A DNA stretch of 64,000 bases from an uncultured Polyangiales bacterium (GTDB lineage Bacteria > Myxococcota_A > Polyangia > Polyangiales > CAZAQV01). A model generated the notes under the pieces. It did no database searches, was not told the origin of the DNA, and saw only the letters and a program-made list of their open reading frames with translations. Both the position numbers and the translations under genes were made by a program. Every line of letters starts with the position of its first letter. Position 1 is the stretch's first letter. Of this stretch, positions 61,697-64,000 are shown piece by piece. The stretch covers positions 211,561 to 275,560 of the forward strand of contig CAZAQV010000002.1 in NCBI GenBank assembly GCA_964487255.1, written 5' to 3'.

Positions 61697-64000
61697 CTAG
61701 CTGGGGGGCTCTTCGTCGGGTTGCTCGGGGTCGGGTTTTGACGCTGGACTGGGTCTCGGTGGGCCCGGCAAGGTCACGTCGAGCAGGACAAACTTGTTGT
61801 TCAGCCTCTTGTCGGACGCTTCCTTGATTTCGCCGCCGCGAACCAACGAGCGAAAACCCCCGAGGCGGGAGTGCTCAAGCACGAAGAACGCGCGCTTGCC
61901 CGCGTTTTCTTTGATCCAGCGTTTGATCTCAATGTTGTCGAGCTTTTGAAAGACGTGGATGCGATTTCCGGCGTAAAAGTTCTCGCCCTTCCAGTTCATC
62001 TGCCAGGCGACAAGTGGTTCGCTCGCGTCCTTGCGCTGCTCGTAGTAGCGCTTGACGAGTTCACGTTGTCCCCAGTGCGGCGACAGGTCGGGGATGTAAA
62101 CGTTGAGCGCCCAGGCGGAAAACGCCAGGCTTAAACCGAGCAGCGCCCCAAGCGCGAGTCGCCCGCGCCGCCACATCGCGCATGCCACAAGCACCAACAC
62201 AACGGTGACCGCGAGCCCCCAGAGCACCGCGCGGTAGTCGAACTGCACGGGCCAGGGGCGCTCGTAGTTGTAGACAAATAAGTGGATGAGGCGTTCTTGG
62301 CCGTCGGGACGCGCGTCCGTGAACCACGACAGGTCACGCGCAACGATCGCGACGAGAGCTGCTGCCGTGGCAAAAAACAACAAGCGAAAAGCGAGCAGAG
62401 CAGGCGCCTGCTGCGGCGGCTGACCGGCTTCATCGTCCTCGTAGAGCATGCGATCGAGCCACCAAGCGCTGGCCGCAAACACGACCGTGAGCGCGACAAA
62501 AAGCCCGATGACCCAAGTCGGCTCGGTATTCTCGAAAATCCACAGATGTCGCGTCTCCGCCGTCACTTCTTCAGGAATCACCCCGCGTAAGTTTCCGCGC
62601 CACGCCCCAAAGCCGAGCGCTGCGCAAATCGCGGAAAGTCCAGCCAGCAGCATCGATATCTTGCCTAGGTTGCGAACCGGTCCTGCTGCTGCACCGTCAT
62701 TCAAGGAGCTGGGATACGCGCGGGCTAGGCCGATCGCGACGAGCATTGCCGCCGGTGGGACCGCCGGGAAGATGTAGTGATGGAACTTGGTGATCATCGC
62801 GCTGAAGAGCACAAAGGCCGCGGTGAACCACAGTCCAAGCAGCATCGCAATCTCGAACTGATCTGCCACTGGCGCATCGCCGGTCAGTGCCGCGGTGCCT
62901 TGCTCGTCGAGCAGAAGAGCTCGGTCGTCGCGGGAACGGAACCACAGAAACGCGGCCAAGGCGACTGGAACAAAGCCAAACCAAGGGAACATCCCCACGC
63001 CCATCTGTTCGATGAAGTATTGGATGCTGCCCTTGTCCCCATGGACACCCGAAGCCAAACGATTGATATGGTCGTGAATCAGCAAGCGATCGGTGAAGGG
63101 AGGCCCATGGCGAATGTACATCGCCAAATACCAAGGCATGCCCACGCACAGGACGGTCAAGATACCGCGCGCAACATGGAAGTGGCCATCGACCAGGAGC
63201 TCCCAGCGCCTCGAACCGATGAGAAAGAGCAGCGCGACCAGACCAGGAAGCGCAAAGCCAGGAATGCCCTTGCCCATAAACGCAAACCCGCAAAACACGT
63301 AGAAGCCGTGCATCCAGAGCGAGCGTCGACGGTCTTCCTTGCACAAGCGCCAGACCAACACGCCCAGAAGAACGAGCCACATGCTGCCTTGGACGGCCGG
63401 TTGGAAGAGCCAGTCGCGCGCATACGGAAGGCGGTCGGAGGGAGTGGGATTGCCCTCGACCTGTCCATTGCCGGCAGACCCGAACACGAAACTATCGCCA
63501 TGCGAGGAGAAGCCGAACGCCCCGTCCGGACCCATGCCAGAGAAAAACGTGAAGTTGCGCGAAATCAAGTACAGCGCCTGCGGCAAGACGACAGCCACGA
63601 GTGCCGCGATCACCAGCCCGTTGCCGGAAAACTGCCAACGAAAAAAACGCCGCGGTCTGCTGAGCGCGTCTGGGTCACTGCGCAGCGCCACGATGAAGCA
63701 GCAAATGGCCATGGTCATGTTGGCCACAAAGGGCATGTCGGTGATCGCCTGGTGCGCGATCATGAAGAAATGCGGCATCGTGCCCAGAACGAGCACACCC
63801 AAGAATGCAGCATGTTTCGAGAACGTCTCCCTCAAAGCGAGGTAGACGAGCGTAAGCGCACCAAAGGCCATCAGCACGATGGGCAGGCGAATCGCCCACT
63901 CCGGCTCGGGAGGGTTCGCGCCTGGAAGGTAGTCGACCCCAAGCGCACTCATGCTGATCGCTTCACTCCAAAAGATGAGGATCGGCTTCGACCAGAACCA
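61697..64000 (-). CDS. Family 39 (ArnT/PMT-like) glycosyltransferase, 5' end beyond window
   Basis: The protein is a large polytopic membrane protein. The frame stays open upstream of the listed Met to position 64000 (WFWSKPILIFWSEAIS...). A soluble C-terminal domain follows. Confidence 0.75.
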   Translation of the reverse strand, partial: WFWSKPILIFWSEAISMSALGVDYLPGANPPEPEWAIRLPIVLMAFGALTLVYLALRETFSKHAAFLGVLVLGTMPHFFMIAHQAITDMPFVANMTMAICCFIVALRSDPDALSRPRRFFRWQFSGNGLVIAALVAVVLPQALYLISRNFTFFSGMGPDGAFGFSSHGDSFVFGSAGNGQVEGNPTPSDRLPYARDWLFQPAVQGSMWLVLLGVLVWRLCKEDRRRSLWMHGFYVFCGFAFMGKGIPGFALPGLVALLFLIGSRRWELLVDGHFHVARGILTVLCVGMPWYLAMYIRHGPPFTDRLLIHDHINRLASGVHGDKGSIQYFIEQMGVGMFPWFGFVPVALAAFLWFRSRDDRALLLDEQGTAALTGDAPVADQFEIAMLLGLWFTAAFVLFSAMITKFHHYIFPAVPPAAMLVAIGLARAYPSSLNDGAAAGPVRNLGKISMLLAGLSAICAALGFGAWRGNLRGVIPEEVTAETRHLWIFENTEPTWVIGLFVALTVVFAASAWWLDRMLYEDDEAGQPPQQAPALLAFRLLFFATAAALVAIVARDLSWFTDARPDGQERLIHLFVYNYERPWPVQFDYRAVLWGLAVTVVLVLVACAMWRRGRLALGALLGLSLAFSAWALNVYIPDLSPHWGQRELVKRYYEQRKDASEPLVAWQMNWKGENFYAGNRIHVFQKLDNIEIKRWIKENAGKRAFFVLEHSRLGGFRSLVRGGEIKEASDKRLNNKFVLLDVTLPGPPRPSPASKPDPEQPDEEPPS

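Overview
GC-rich (about 60%+ by eye) bacterial chromosomal segment. The gene content looks Myxococcota-like or from a related deltaproteobacterial lineage: many Cys-rich lipoproteins, a Ser/Thr kinase, bactofilin, CarD/CdnL, a DUF1592/DUF1552 pair and a TIGR02147-type protein. This placement is inference only. About 60 protein genes and 2 tRNAs are supportable. Most are housekeeping: prs, hisIE, recA, cinA, glmS, ctaB, SCO1, an aspartate aminotransferase, acyl-CoA dehydrogenase and an M16 peptidase pair. There is also a redox neighbourhood (Prx-Grx, Lpd-like, OxyR) around a multi-component phosphorelay. The most interesting loci are: (1) a compact four-gene cassette (34766-37150, minus strand) that looks like a type III secretion filament plus translocon set (EspA/SseB-, EspD/SseC-, EspB/SseD-like plus a small acidic protein), with no injectisome genes anywhere in the window; (2) a structured intergenic repeat family in at least 5 loci, with conserved 5' and 3' boxes around a hairpin whose stem sequence differs between copies while pairing is kept. 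One copy is perfectly duplicated in tandem and appears to supply the SCO1 start codon, one carries a 25-bp tandem expansion, and two bracket recA; (3) a tRNA-adjacent block of four translationally coupled unknown genes plus a HigBA-like module whose toxin looks frameshifted; (4) several secreted Cys-rich or acidic-repeat lipoproteins, one with VWFC-like repeats. All calls come from reading the sequence and ORF track by eye. No searches or computations were run, and family assignments rest on remembered motifs.
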